64,000 nt of DNA, taken from Paludibacteraceae bacterium (lineage in GTDB: Bacteria; Bacteroidota; Bacteroidia; Bacteroidales; Paludibacteraceae). The position numbers were made by a program, and so were the translations under genes. Location: positions 1,894-65,893 of the forward strand of contig JAKSLA010000011.1 of NCBI GenBank assembly GCA_024401455.1. The letters are read 5' to 3'. Below, piece by piece: positions 9,860 to 18,545 of the stretch. Each line of letters starts with the position of its first letter. Within the stretch, counting starts at the first letter, position 1. A model generated the notes under the pieces. That model was not told the DNA's origin, searched no databases, and worked only from the letters and a program-made list of their open reading frames with translations.

Positions 9860-11152
9860 TTAACGTGACTGCGAACGCAGATTCCTGATTGTTTTCTTGA
9901 TGTTTTCTTCTCTGTCTTCTTTCCTGAAGTCTAGAACATGCTTGTTCTTGAAGAAGTTGGTGATAATATCATTCCCCAAATCGACATCGTCGATGGCGAT
10001 AGGGTAGATGAATGAGTCTGAACCTCTCCATTCTATTTCTTCACTGGCCCATGTCCATTCTCGTTTGTAGAATCGTCTGCCTGGATTCAATACGTTTTTT
10101 GATAGAATAGGGATGAATGCCTTGCAATCTTCGATGTTTTTCTTGATTGCTTTCACATATTCATCACCTGGTTCAAGTGAGGCCTTGTCAAACCATACTC
10201 CAACCCCTAGTCGCTTGAATGTCTCTGCAATTTCGTTGGCCGTTTCAAAGTCTTCGCTGGCGTATGAGATGAAGATCTCCTTTTTGAGATCTTCGGATTT
10301 GAAATCTTTGTATCGGGTCACTAATTCAGAAATGAAGTTTTCCGCATCGTCGTGTATGCTTGTTCGCATTCGAGAAAGAAATCCGACCAATTGCTCGTCC
10401 AATTTGCTATCCGCAATCAACCCAATACGGGATGAACTGGCGGCATGAGACGACGTTTTCATTGAGTGTAGGAAAAATCTGAAAAGCCAGTTTGGATAAT
10501 TGCATCCGATTACCAACAGATATTTGTCTCTCAATAAATTGGATAACCTTTTAGGCCTATAACTTTCTGACATCCAATCTGACACAAAATCCAGCATGTC
10601 GTCATCTGACAGAACAAATGAGTTGGGACAGACGTTGGCTTTGCCAAATATTTGATAACAAGTGGGTTGGTGTTCGTCTTCTATGTCGTCTTTTGTGGTG
10701 TGCTTTTCGTAAGATAGATTTTTTACTTTTCCTTTCCCCCAAACAGACTCCATGACTTTGAATACGAACTGCCCAAACGAAGTCGTCAGTACAAGTTTGA
10801 ATTGATCGATTGAGAGTAGTTCTTTTAGTTGGTTGGAAAAAACGAATTGAGAACTTTCCATCTCCTTGAGAATTTGGCAAGTCTCATAGTATGGGTCGGA
10901 ATCAATGTTGTCCCAGTAGGGCTCGAAAAATTTGCTTGAAAGTTGAGTGACATCCAACTGATCTTGAATTCCCAATCTTTGTCCTAGTTGTTTTGCAATG
11001 TAGGCCTTAAAAGGCATTGGTTTGCCGTTCTCCGTCACATTGAACAATTCGTCTCCAATGATAGGTATCACATTGCCTTTTGATATTTCAGATAAAAGCA
11101 ACATCCACCCTCTATCGTTCAATTTGGTTGTCTTTTGCACAAATTCCATCAA
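9860..11152 (-). CDS. Two-domain protein: N-terminal SIR2-like (SIR2_2/DHS-like fold) plus C-terminal TIR domain
   Basis: 430-aa ORF. The C-terminal ~140 aa has TIR hallmarks: EIFISYASEDFETANEIAETFKRLGVGVWFDKASLEPGDEY...AFIPILSKNVL...REWTWASEEI. The N-terminal part follows the SIR2_2 block order: VIPIIGDELF / LVLTTSFGQF / YQIFGK..FVLSDDDMLDF / LLVIGCNYPNWLFRFF. Confidence 0.7.
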   Translation of the reverse strand: MMEFVQKTTKLNDRGWMLLLSEISKGNVIPIIGDELFNVTENGKPMPFKAYIAKQLGQRLGIQDQLDVTQLSSKFFEPYWDNIDSDPYYETCQILKEMESSQFVFSNQLKELLSIDQFKLVLTTSFGQFVFKVMESVWGKGKVKNLSYEKHTTKDDIEDEHQPTCYQIFGKANVCPNSFVLSDDDMLDFVSDWMSESYRPKRLSNLLRDKYLLVIGCNYPNWLFRFFLHSMKTSSHAASSSRIGLIADSKLDEQLVGFLSRMRTSIHDDAENFISELVTRYKDFKSEDLKKEIFISYASEDFETANEIAETFKRLGVGVWFDKASLEPGDEYVKAIKKNIEDCKAFIPILSKNVLNPGRRFYKREWTWASEEIEWRGSDSFIYPIAIDDVDLGNDIITNFFKNKHVLDFRKEDREENIKKTIRNLRSQSR

Positions 11153-11427
11153 AATATTCTTTGAGTTCGTTATTGTTCAGACTCTTCCTCTAAGCAATGA
11201 CGAAAAATTATTTGTTCTATGTTATAGTTTCTCAACGTTTTGCGAGATGTTTACTGATAGTTTATATTCCTAAATTGGGAATAGAAATTTAAAGTTTGGG
11301 TAATTTGCTGATGGCATAAACCTCTTTTTATTGATGGCAAAAATAGATAATTAGTTTTGGAACTGCAAGTTTCTCATTCAAAAATGATTTGCGAGCAACA
11401 TCCTAGAGTCAAGAAGCAAGTGCAATA

Positions 11428-12414
11428 TTAGTCAAAAAAACTGAAGAAACGCTTTTTAGGCGATTCAAAGTCGAGTTTTTCTCTAGGCCTGTCATTGATT
11501 TTAGCGACAATGAAAGCAAGTTTCTTGTCAGAAATAAAGTTCAGCTCCATCTCTTTAGGGATATACTGACGAATAAGTTTGTTGGCATTTTCGATGGCGC
11601 CCTTCTGCCAAGAGGAATATGGGTCAGCAAAAAAGACAGGGACCTTAAGTCTCTTGGAAATGGACAAGTGTTCAGCGAATTCCGAACCGTTATCGGTGGT
11701 GATGGTTTTAAGTGCGAAGCCTTTATAAGGGAGAAGAAGCCTCCAAACAACCGAAGCGAGGGCAGCCGCATTTTTCCCATTAGGGAGGTTAGCCGCAAGG
11801 ATGAAGTTTGTGCTGCGCTCCGTAAGAGTAAGTATGGCCCCTTTATTGCCAGGCCCAACAATCGTGTCCATCTCCCAGTCCCCAAAACGAGATCCATCGG
11901 CCTCTTTAGGACGCTCATGTATGCTGACCCTGCCGGGGATGTTTTTAGCCACCTGCTTGATCCAATGATGCCTATATTTCATTTTGTGCCTACAATGACT
12001 GGCGAGCACACCCGACTTGTCGTTTCTGATGATTTGGTAAATAGCCTCGTGAGAAACCTTTATGGAATAGTTCTTTTCAAGCCATCCAGCCGTTTGTCTG
12101 GGAGACCAATCCTTCGTTATGCAGTCGTTAATCAGCATGACAATTTCGGGTTTCAACTTCCTGTTTGAGGTCCTATGAGCCAGCTTTTTAGCTTTTTCGT
12201 CAGCGGCAACCCAATTGTATCCAGAACGGGAACCTCCATGCCTCTTGATTTCCCTACAAACTGTACTTTCGCTGACTTTTATGGCCTGAGCAATAGCCTT
12301 CAGCGACTTTTTTTCTTGTAATCCCAGATAAATCCCATATCTTTGCTCTCGGGTAAGATGATTGTACATATGCAATACAAAATTATCAAACCTATTGGAG
12401 ACTTCGGTCTCCAT
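11428..12414 (-). CDS. IS30 family transposase
   Basis: The ORF track gives 11428..12486, but the first 24 codons translate a palindrome. Likely starts are METEV (12414) or MYNHLTREQRYGIYLG (12369). It has an N-terminal HTH (SESTVCREIKRHGG) and a DDE-type core (WEMDTIVG...ITTDNGSEF...WQKGAIENANKLIRQY) typical of IS30. Confidence 0.9.
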   Translation of the reverse strand: METEVSNRFDNFVLHMYNHLTREQRYGIYLGLQEKKSLKAIAQAIKVSESTVCREIKRHGGSRSGYNWVAADEKAKKLAHRTSNRKLKPEIVMLINDCITKDWSPRQTAGWLEKNYSIKVSHEAIYQIIRNDKSGVLASHCRHKMKYRHHWIKQVAKNIPGRVSIHERPKEADGSRFGDWEMDTIVGPGNKGAILTLTERSTNFILAANLPNGKNAAALASVVWRLLLPYKGFALKTITTDNGSEFAEHLSISKRLKVPVFFADPYSSWQKGAIENANKLIRQYIPKEMELNFISDKKLAFIVAKINDRPREKLDFESPKKRFFSFFD

Positions 12415-12447
12415 TTTTGTTTTTTTTATATTGCTTCTTGATTTCCT

Positions 12448-12503
12448 AAAGAGTCGGATGAAGGATGCAGGGGCTAGCCCCTGCATCCTTCATCCGACTC
12501 TTT
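12448..12503. repeat. Perfect 56-nt palindrome inside the IS30 right end, just upstream of the transposase start
   Basis: AAAGAGTCGGATGAAGGATGCAGGGGC-TA-GCCCCTGCATCCTTCATCCGACTCTTT. The arms are exact reverse complements with the centre between 12475 and 12476. Confidence 0.95.
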
Positions 12504-12675
12504 TTCTTGCACTTCTAAATTGAAAGTACACATTTGCCATCTTTCCATTTTCTCCCCATTGCGAATTTTTATTCCGTTTTATTTGCAAAAGTCGAAAACA
12601 TCTTTAATTTTGTGGTAATAATAGGGTTGCCGTTTCTGAGACGGTAATTGGTGTATCATTTAAATTTAGTTAGGA

Positions 12676-13305
12676 ATGAAAAAGATTTTTCGTTATGTGT
12701 TAGTTGCTATGATGGCAACTGCATCGGTAAGTATGGTTTCTTGTACAAAGGATGACGATGGTGATGCTTCTGTAGTGGTTTCTCAAGAAGATTTGGTGGG
12801 AACTTGGGCTTACAATTTGGAAGGCTCGTATGCTGACATCAAGATGAACGGTATCGCTATTTCTGAAGAGCAGGCGGGCAATTTGAATTTTATGAATGAA
12901 TTGGCTGGAGACATCACTTTCGGAGCAGACAATAGTTTTTCTGGCGTCACTGATGGAGATGAGTTCAAAGGCTCTTATGCGTTGGACAATGGTCAGTTGA
13001 CAATTGTTCGCGAGTATTTGGGTGAGCAACTTACTTTGGGTAAGGGTTGCGACCTCAAGAAAATCATTCTCTCTTCCGATTCAAGTAGTGCTTCTTATCT
13101 TGATATGATGGACTTGGAAATGAAGGATTTGTCAGTTAAGATCAATGGTGACAAGTTGTATCTCACGGTAAATTTTGAGGGCAGTTTGAACGGAACTCCT
13201 GAACTTGGGGACGAAGCCAACGATATCTTGGGCGGCTTGGCCGGCGATTTGATCTCTGGCTTGGGTGTAACTGCTAAGATCGTTTCTGCTTACGACAGAA
13301 AGTAA
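12676..13305 (+). CDS. Hypothetical lipoprotein
   Basis: 209-aa ORF. The lipoprotein signal ends in a Cys lipobox (MATASVSMVSC-TKDDDG). No recognisable catalytic motif. Confidence 0.6.
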   Translation: MKKIFRYVLVAMMATASVSMVSCTKDDDGDASVVVSQEDLVGTWAYNLEGSYADIKMNGIAISEEQAGNLNFMNELAGDITFGADNSFSGVTDGDEFKGSYALDNGQLTIVREYLGEQLTLGKGCDLKKIILSSDSSSASYLDMMDLEMKDLSVKINGDKLYLTVNFEGSLNGTPELGDEANDILGGLAGDLISGLGVTAKIVSAYDRK

Positions 13306-13423
13306 TTTTTGCGATAGATTCGTTTGGAATTCAGAGGTTGTCTTCGGACAGCCTCTTTTTTTTCGAGAAAAGTGCAGAGTAGGGCAGTTGCGTATTATCT
13401 TTGTCGTGTAAATAGAAAAGGAA

Positions 13424-14326
13424 ATGGACAGACAGACAAAACATCGGGGAATTGTGGCAACGGGCTATTTTATGGGCTTGTTGGCAGGTGCTGCGTATGG
13501 CACCAATCCGCTGTTTGCCAAACCGTTGTTGGATGACGGCGTGTCCGTCTTGACGATGCTCTTCTTCCGATATTTCATCTCCGCCTTGTTGATTGGCGGG
13601 TGGATGCTGTTGCGTAAGCATTCACTGAAGGTTTCTCTTCGGGAGTTCGGCTGGCTGTCGTTGTTGGGTTTTCTTTTTGCGACAAGCAGTATGGCCTTGT
13701 TCGCTTCTTACTGTTATATCCCTTCGGGGTTTGCAACGACGCTTATTTATCTTTATCCTGTGATGGTGGCTATGTTGATGGCCCTGCAGGGTGTTTACCC
13801 ATCCAAACGGACGTGGCTATCCATTGTGGTGACGTTTGTCGGGGTCGTGCTAATGTGTAACCCCTCTGAAAGTGTTGAATTTCAGCCCGTAGGTATATTG
13901 CTGGCTGTTGTTTCTGCGCTCTCCTATGCGGGCTATTTTGTGATTGTCAATAGCGTGAAGTCCATTCGGCGGGTCTCTCCCTCTACGATTACGTGCTACT
14001 CCCTAATTTCGGGTTCGGCGCTTTTCTTCCTTTGTATTTTAGTGCTGGGGGTTGATGTTGAGGCGGGACTTCGTTGGCCCGATAGTTGCCTCCGTTTCTT
14101 GGGCTTGGCTTTGATTCCGACAGTAGTGTCTATATTGGCCTTGACGATTGCCACCCGACTGATTGGTGCTACGAAAACTTCCGTCTTGGGTGTTACCGAA
14201 CCGTTGACGTCTATTTTTATAGGCGTGTTTTTGTTCGGGGAGGCAATGACGGCAGCCGGTATGTTGGGCGTGGCCCTTTGTCTTTCTGCCATTTTGTTTT
14301 TGATTGTCTCCCCGAAGGAAAAATAA
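13424..14326 (+). CDS. EamA/DMT-family transporter
   Basis: 300-aa ORF with about 10 hydrophobic segments and a two-fold EamA-like organisation. The exact start is uncertain. Confidence 0.75.
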   Translation: MDRQTKHRGIVATGYFMGLLAGAAYGTNPLFAKPLLDDGVSVLTMLFFRYFISALLIGGWMLLRKHSLKVSLREFGWLSLLGFLFATSSMALFASYCYIPSGFATTLIYLYPVMVAMLMALQGVYPSKRTWLSIVVTFVGVVLMCNPSESVEFQPVGILLAVVSALSYAGYFVIVNSVKSIRRVSPSTITCYSLISGSALFFLCILVLGVDVEAGLRWPDSCLRFLGLALIPTVVSILALTIATRLIGATKTSVLGVTEPLTSIFIGVFLFGEAMTAAGMLGVALCLSAILFLIVSPKEK

Positions 14327-14373
14327 AAATCGGTTTTTAGAATGATCTTATTCGAATCATTCCCGATGAATAC

Positions 14374-14913
14374 CTATATTGCTTTTAGCGCTCCCGTTTC
14401 ACTATCCATAATGTAGCCGCGAACCACAATGTCTTTAGGTACGAGCGGATGATTTTTTATGAGGTCAACCGTTTCGAGGATGGCCGCTTCCGTGTCGTCA
14501 AATCCGTGCAACCAAGAGTCCAGATCAATGCCGCAGTGCTTCATGAGATTGATATGCTCCTCGTCAATGCCACGTTCGCGCATAAGGTGCAGCATCTCTT
14601 GGCTGTCCATGCCTTGTACGCCACATCCCGTGTGACCGATGATCATTATTTCGTTTACTCCGAGTTCGTAGATGGCGACAAGAAGGGAGCGTACCGTGGA
14701 ATCGAACGGATTGGTGATTGTTCCTCCTGCATTCTTGATGATTTTCACATCGCCATTCTTGATGCCGATGGCGGCAGGGAGCAATTCCACCAATCGGGTG
14801 TCCATACAAGTTACGATGGCAATCTTCTTGTCAGGGTATTTACTGGTTCTGTATTTTTCATAAGCCTTCGTCTCAACGAATTGCTTATTGAATTCGAGCA
14901 TTTGGTCTATCAT
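14374..14913 (-). CDS. Beta-class carbonic anhydrase
   Basis: 179 aa. Zinc-ligand context CMDTRL ... HTGCG and a typical N-terminus (NKQFVETKAYEKY). Confidence 0.85.
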   Translation of the reverse strand: MIDQMLEFNKQFVETKAYEKYRTSKYPDKKIAIVTCMDTRLVELLPAAIGIKNGDVKIIKNAGGTITNPFDSTVRSLLVAIYELGVNEIMIIGHTGCGVQGMDSQEMLHLMRERGIDEEHINLMKHCGIDLDSWLHGFDDTEAAILETVDLIKNHPLVPKDIVVRGYIMDSETGALKAI

Positions 14914-16295
14914 TGTTCTTCTGTTTTTTCTTGAGTGTCGTTGTGTATATTCGCTTTTTCTGTAGTCGTAGTGTCACTTGGGACCTTTGCTTGTTTCGTG
15001 GAGTCGGCTGCCGCTTTTTCGTCAGACTTTGCATTTTCTTTGCTTGTCAATGCTTGTTTAACGTAGCCGTAGCGGTTGGAAGCGTTCCATAGCACCCATT
15101 CCTCGTAGCCTGCGTCATATACAGCTTGGATTTGTTGCTTGAGTTGTCTGCTGCCGTAAGAGATGTGCCCTCTGACCCAAGGGGCGGAGAAGCATTGGAG
15201 CCAAGGGCGAATGATGGCCGTAGGAATGGAGTCGCCTAATGGAACGAACTGTTTCTTTGAAAGTTCCAATGCTCCTTTGATGCAAGCGTAGGGATGGGCA
15301 TCCGGCACGTCGAGTCCAAAGGTGCGAGGCCCGTAGTGCGACGGGTAGATCATCGGGTAAAGGGCGTCGGCCTTCTTGCCTAAATCCACGTAGTCTTGCC
15401 CCGTGCGGTCTCTATCCGTATCGCTGCCGATGACGGTTCCGAAGAGGTCGGCTCCAAAGATGATGTTCTTTTTGTGTAGTCGTTCCTGTACATAGTCGAA
15501 AAAGTCGTTCAACCCATCTTCCCGAGGGTACTCCTTCAAATCCACGCCGTAGTCAGCCTTGTTGGCATCGTCGCCGATAGGGAAGCGAACGTAGTCGAAT
15601 TGTATTTCGTCGAAACCGTCGGCAGTGGCTTGTTCGGCAAGGGAACAAAGGTATTCCCAAACCTCCTTTTTGTAGGGGTTTACCCAAGGTTGGCCTTTGC
15701 CGTCGGTTACGGGGCCGCCGTTGGGTTTGCAGAGCGCTAATTCGGGTCTGTTTTTGGCCAAAACCGGGTCCTTGAAGCATACGATACGGCCGATGACGTA
15801 GATGCCTTTCTCGTGTAAGTTTTCGATGAGGCCAGGCATGTCGCGCACATATTTGATGCAAGCACCCATTTCTTGGGCTTGCTCGTTGTCGATTTTGTAA
15901 GTGATCTTTCCTCCGTCGTTTTTAATGTCGAGTACGATGGCATTCATTTCGGTAGAGGTGATGAGTTCCACCAACTCCTTCATCCTTTTGGTTCCTGCGG
16001 TAGGGCCGGTGATGTAAATACCCTTCACCTTGATGTTTGGTCGGATGAGTTTGCCCGACTTGTATGTTTGGCGGACAATCTTGGGGTGCTTGTAGATTGC
16101 CGAATCGCTGATCAAACTATCCTTGCCTGTCGAATCGGATTGGGTTGAGTCAGTTCTTGTGGCAAGACTGTCAATGTTTTCTGCATTACTGGTTGAGTCA
16201 GCAGTTGCCGTTGTGCCTTTGTTTTGTGTGGATTCGCCACACCCTATCATCAAAATGCCGGAGAAAAGAAGTCCGGCTATCCATCCTTTTGTCAT
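14910..16295 (-). CDS. Putative glycoside-hydrolase-like TIM-barrel lipoprotein (DUF4015-like)
   Basis: 461 aa with lipoprotein signal (LMIGCGES). The segment KGIYITGPTAGTKRMKELVELITSTEMNAIVLDIKNDGGKITY matches my recollection of the DUF4015 family. It overlaps the carbonic anhydrase start by 4 nt. Confidence 0.55.
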   Translation of the reverse strand: MTKGWIAGLLFSGILMIGCGESTQNKGTTATADSTSNAENIDSLATRTDSTQSDSTGKDSLISDSAIYKHPKIVRQTYKSGKLIRPNIKVKGIYITGPTAGTKRMKELVELITSTEMNAIVLDIKNDGGKITYKIDNEQAQEMGACIKYVRDMPGLIENLHEKGIYVIGRIVCFKDPVLAKNRPELALCKPNGGPVTDGKGQPWVNPYKKEVWEYLCSLAEQATADGFDEIQFDYVRFPIGDDANKADYGVDLKEYPREDGLNDFFDYVQERLHKKNIIFGADLFGTVIGSDTDRDRTGQDYVDLGKKADALYPMIYPSHYGPRTFGLDVPDAHPYACIKGALELSKKQFVPLGDSIPTAIIRPWLQCFSAPWVRGHISYGSRQLKQQIQAVYDAGYEEWVLWNASNRYGYVKQALTSKENAKSDEKAAADSTKQAKVPSDTTTTEKANIHNDTQEKTEEQ

Positions 16296-16445
16296 ACGAA
16301 ATGAAAAACTCTTTCTGTTAGTGTATTGAAATTTGAAACAAAATTAAGAAAAAGCATTGGATAAAAATCTATTATTGTTTCCTCCTTTTTTGAGGATTTA
16401 ATCGTAGATTTGTAAAAACCGTGTAATTAACTAAATTGAATAATT

Positions 16446-17258
16446 ATGGGAGGTGGCTTTTATTCTTACAAAACGGCTTTTACTCGCCGTGTAAGTCTCT
16501 ATGAAGAGACAGAAACAACTCAGATTTTCAGGAACAGGTCGATGGTTAAGGAGATGAATCCGTCGGGTGTGGTTCGCGAATGTTGCGAAAATGCCGAACA
16601 CCCAGAAGTGATGCCTATCATCATAGGGTTGGATGTGACCGGTTCAATGGGCCATATCCCCGCCAATCTTATCAAGAACGATTTTCCGGACGTGATGAAG
16701 AAAATATTGGACGAGGGAATTCCTTGTCCGCAGTTGTGCTTTGCCGCCTATGGCGACCATGAGTGTGATGATGCACCATTGCAGGTCGGTCAGTTTGAAG
16801 CCAGCGATGAGTTGATGGAGAAGTGGCTCACTTCCATATATTTGGAGGGAGGAGGCGGAGGCAACGATGGAGAAAGCACATCGTTGGTACACTATTTCGC
16901 GGCTCACCACACATCTTGTGATGCCATTAACAAGCGAGGAGAGAAAGGTTTGTTGATAACCATCGGAGACGAACCAGATTTGCGTTTTTACCCTAAAACG
17001 GCTCTTCGTGATATTTTCGGCGGTGCCCAACAAGATTTGACGTCGGAAGAGATTTTGGCCATGGCAAAGAAGAATTGGGAGGTTTATCATGTCAACCTGT
17101 TGGATTACAGTGGCCGGCTGAAAGGAACGAGAGAAAATTGGCGGAATTTGCTGGGCGACCACTACATTGAAGTGGAGGCTAATACAGATACCAACGTGTC
17201 GAATGTCATCTCTTATCTTGCCATTGAGCATTATAAGAAAAGGGCGAAGGTGTTGTAG
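16446..17258 (+). CDS. von Willebrand factor A (vWA) domain protein
   Basis: 270 aa with a MIDAS-like DVTGSMG after a beta-strand (VMPIIIGLDVTGSM). Further vWA-like blocks are GGGGGNDGES and LLITIGDEP. The stop lies 2 nt before the next gene. Confidence 0.6.
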   Translation: MGGGFYSYKTAFTRRVSLYEETETTQIFRNRSMVKEMNPSGVVRECCENAEHPEVMPIIIGLDVTGSMGHIPANLIKNDFPDVMKKILDEGIPCPQLCFAAYGDHECDDAPLQVGQFEASDELMEKWLTSIYLEGGGGGNDGESTSLVHYFAAHHTSCDAINKRGEKGLLITIGDEPDLRFYPKTALRDIFGGAQQDLTSEEILAMAKKNWEVYHVNLLDYSGRLKGTRENWRNLLGDHYIEVEANTDTNVSNVISYLAIEHYKKRAKVL

Positions 17259-17260
17259 TC

Positions 17261-18391
17261 TTGAGAAAACAGATCGTAATAGGGTCGCTTTTTGGCGACG
17301 AAGGGAAAGGTGTCACCGTCCAATGGCTTTGTAAAAAGTCGTTGGCGGAGGGACGCCGTCCGTTGGTGATTCGATTCACGGGAGGCCCACAGGCGGCCCA
17401 TACCGTGAAGGGCAATCTCTGCGGTCGAAAGGTGACGCATGTCTTTTCTTCGTTCGGGTCTGGAACGCTGTTGGGCGTGCCGACCCTCTATCGCTCGTCG
17501 GCTCTTATTGATCCTATTTGCCTCGTTTCAGAATGGAATGTGTTGGCGGAGAAGGGCGTCGCTCGCCCGATTTTTGACGTGAGTCGTTCGCCTATCATTA
17601 CACCGTATGATGTAGAGGCAAACCGAAACGACGCGCAAAGTCGCAGCGACGGCACTTGTGGGAAGGGCGTCTATTTTGCGTTGCGACGTTCGCAGTCGGG
17701 TGTCTGCTATACGATGCAGGATGACCCACAACAGATATTGGATGGCGTGGCTGCTTATTACAAGACAGAACGTTATGCCCCATACGATGAGATGTTTGTT
17801 GAGGCTTTCGATAAGATTAGAAAGGGTGCCGTCCATTTGGAAGAATCGGACTTTGACGATTTGATTTTTGAATCGACGCAGGGCCTATTGCTGGATGCAG
17901 ACTTAGGCTTTGTCCCTCACGTCACGGCTACGGCTACGGGGTTGAACGCATTGGAAAGGGCCGAATTGGTTGGCGCAGATGTTTATCTCGTGTCTCGCAC
18001 ATATCTGACTCGTCATGGGGCAGGGTACCAGCCTACTCCGATGGATGGGTACGATTTGATGGACGAGGCAAACGAAACGAATGTCTTGAATGAGTTTCAA
18101 GGCGTTTTTAAAAGGGGCATCTTTGATTTCGACTTGTTGAATGAAGCCATTGCTCGTCATGACTTCTCTTCCTATTCCCAATGTCGTTTCCATTGGGCGG
18201 TGACGCATCTTGATGTGGTGCGACGTAACGGCTTGATGTGTTATCGGCACGAAGGTGAAATCGCCCATTTGCCCGTTTTGGCGAAAGATGCCTATCGGGA
18301 AGTGGCGGAGTTGTTCCGTGCAAAATGCAATGTCGGCTTGGTTAATCTTTATGGTTGTGATTCGCCCGAAGGCCTGTTTGAACAACTATAA
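17261..18391 (+). CDS. Short, divergent adenylosuccinate synthetase (PurA)-family protein
   Basis: 376 aa with a TTG start. PurA blocks present: GSLFGDEGKGV (P-loop), GGPQAAHT, DGTCGKGV, ESTQGLLLDADLGFVPHVTAT, SRTYLTRHGAGYQPT and VTHLDVV. It is about 50 aa shorter than canonical PurA. Confidence 0.7.
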   Translation: MRKQIVIGSLFGDEGKGVTVQWLCKKSLAEGRRPLVIRFTGGPQAAHTVKGNLCGRKVTHVFSSFGSGTLLGVPTLYRSSALIDPICLVSEWNVLAEKGVARPIFDVSRSPIITPYDVEANRNDAQSRSDGTCGKGVYFALRRSQSGVCYTMQDDPQQILDGVAAYYKTERYAPYDEMFVEAFDKIRKGAVHLEESDFDDLIFESTQGLLLDADLGFVPHVTATATGLNALERAELVGADVYLVSRTYLTRHGAGYQPTPMDGYDLMDEANETNVLNEFQGVFKRGIFDFDLLNEAIARHDFSSYSQCRFHWAVTHLDVVRRNGLMCYRHEGEIAHLPVLAKDAYREVAELFRAKCNVGLVNLYGCDSPEGLFEQL

Positions 18392-18545
18392 AACAGATTT
18401 TCTACCCGTAACTGCCTATATTGTTGATTTCTTTTGGATTTGTACTTCACAAAAATGCCGTGTCGTAGGGTAAGTAGTTTTATTTTTTTGTACTTTTGCA
18501 GATATTTGGATTATTATCAAGAGATAACTATAAGTTAAAAGACGG

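Larger units (their letters stand above)
11404..12517 (-). mobile_element. IS30-family insertion sequence (about 1.1 kb), boundaries approximate
   Basis: Contains an IS30-type transposase. Candidate imperfect terminal inverted repeats are TAGAGTCAAGAAGC (11404-11417) and the reverse complement of 12504-12517 (TAGAAGTGCAAGAA). These agree at about 12 of 14 positions with two 1-nt indels. Target duplications not resolved. Confidence 0.6.

Noticed and set aside
11338-11345. Promoter for the five-gene operon (CAAAAATA, which reads TATTTTTG on the minus strand)
   Set aside because: No TTTG -33 element lies at the expected 19-21-nt spacing, and the site is ~190 nt from the ATG. A single 8-mer match in AT-rich DNA is weak.
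11668-12168. 166-aa plus-strand ORF inside the IS30 transposase gene, together with the 125-aa ORF at 11541-11918
   Set aside because: It is antisense or alternate-frame to a clearly homologous transposase ORF. The Arg/Pro/Ser-rich composition is typical of shadow ORFs.
17261-18391. Calling the PurA-like gene a PurZ (2-aminoadenine pathway) enzyme
   Set aside because: There is no phage context and no MazZ/DatZ/DpoZ-like neighbours. I cannot verify the diagnostic substrate-pocket residues by eye, so I kept it only as a divergent PurA-family protein.
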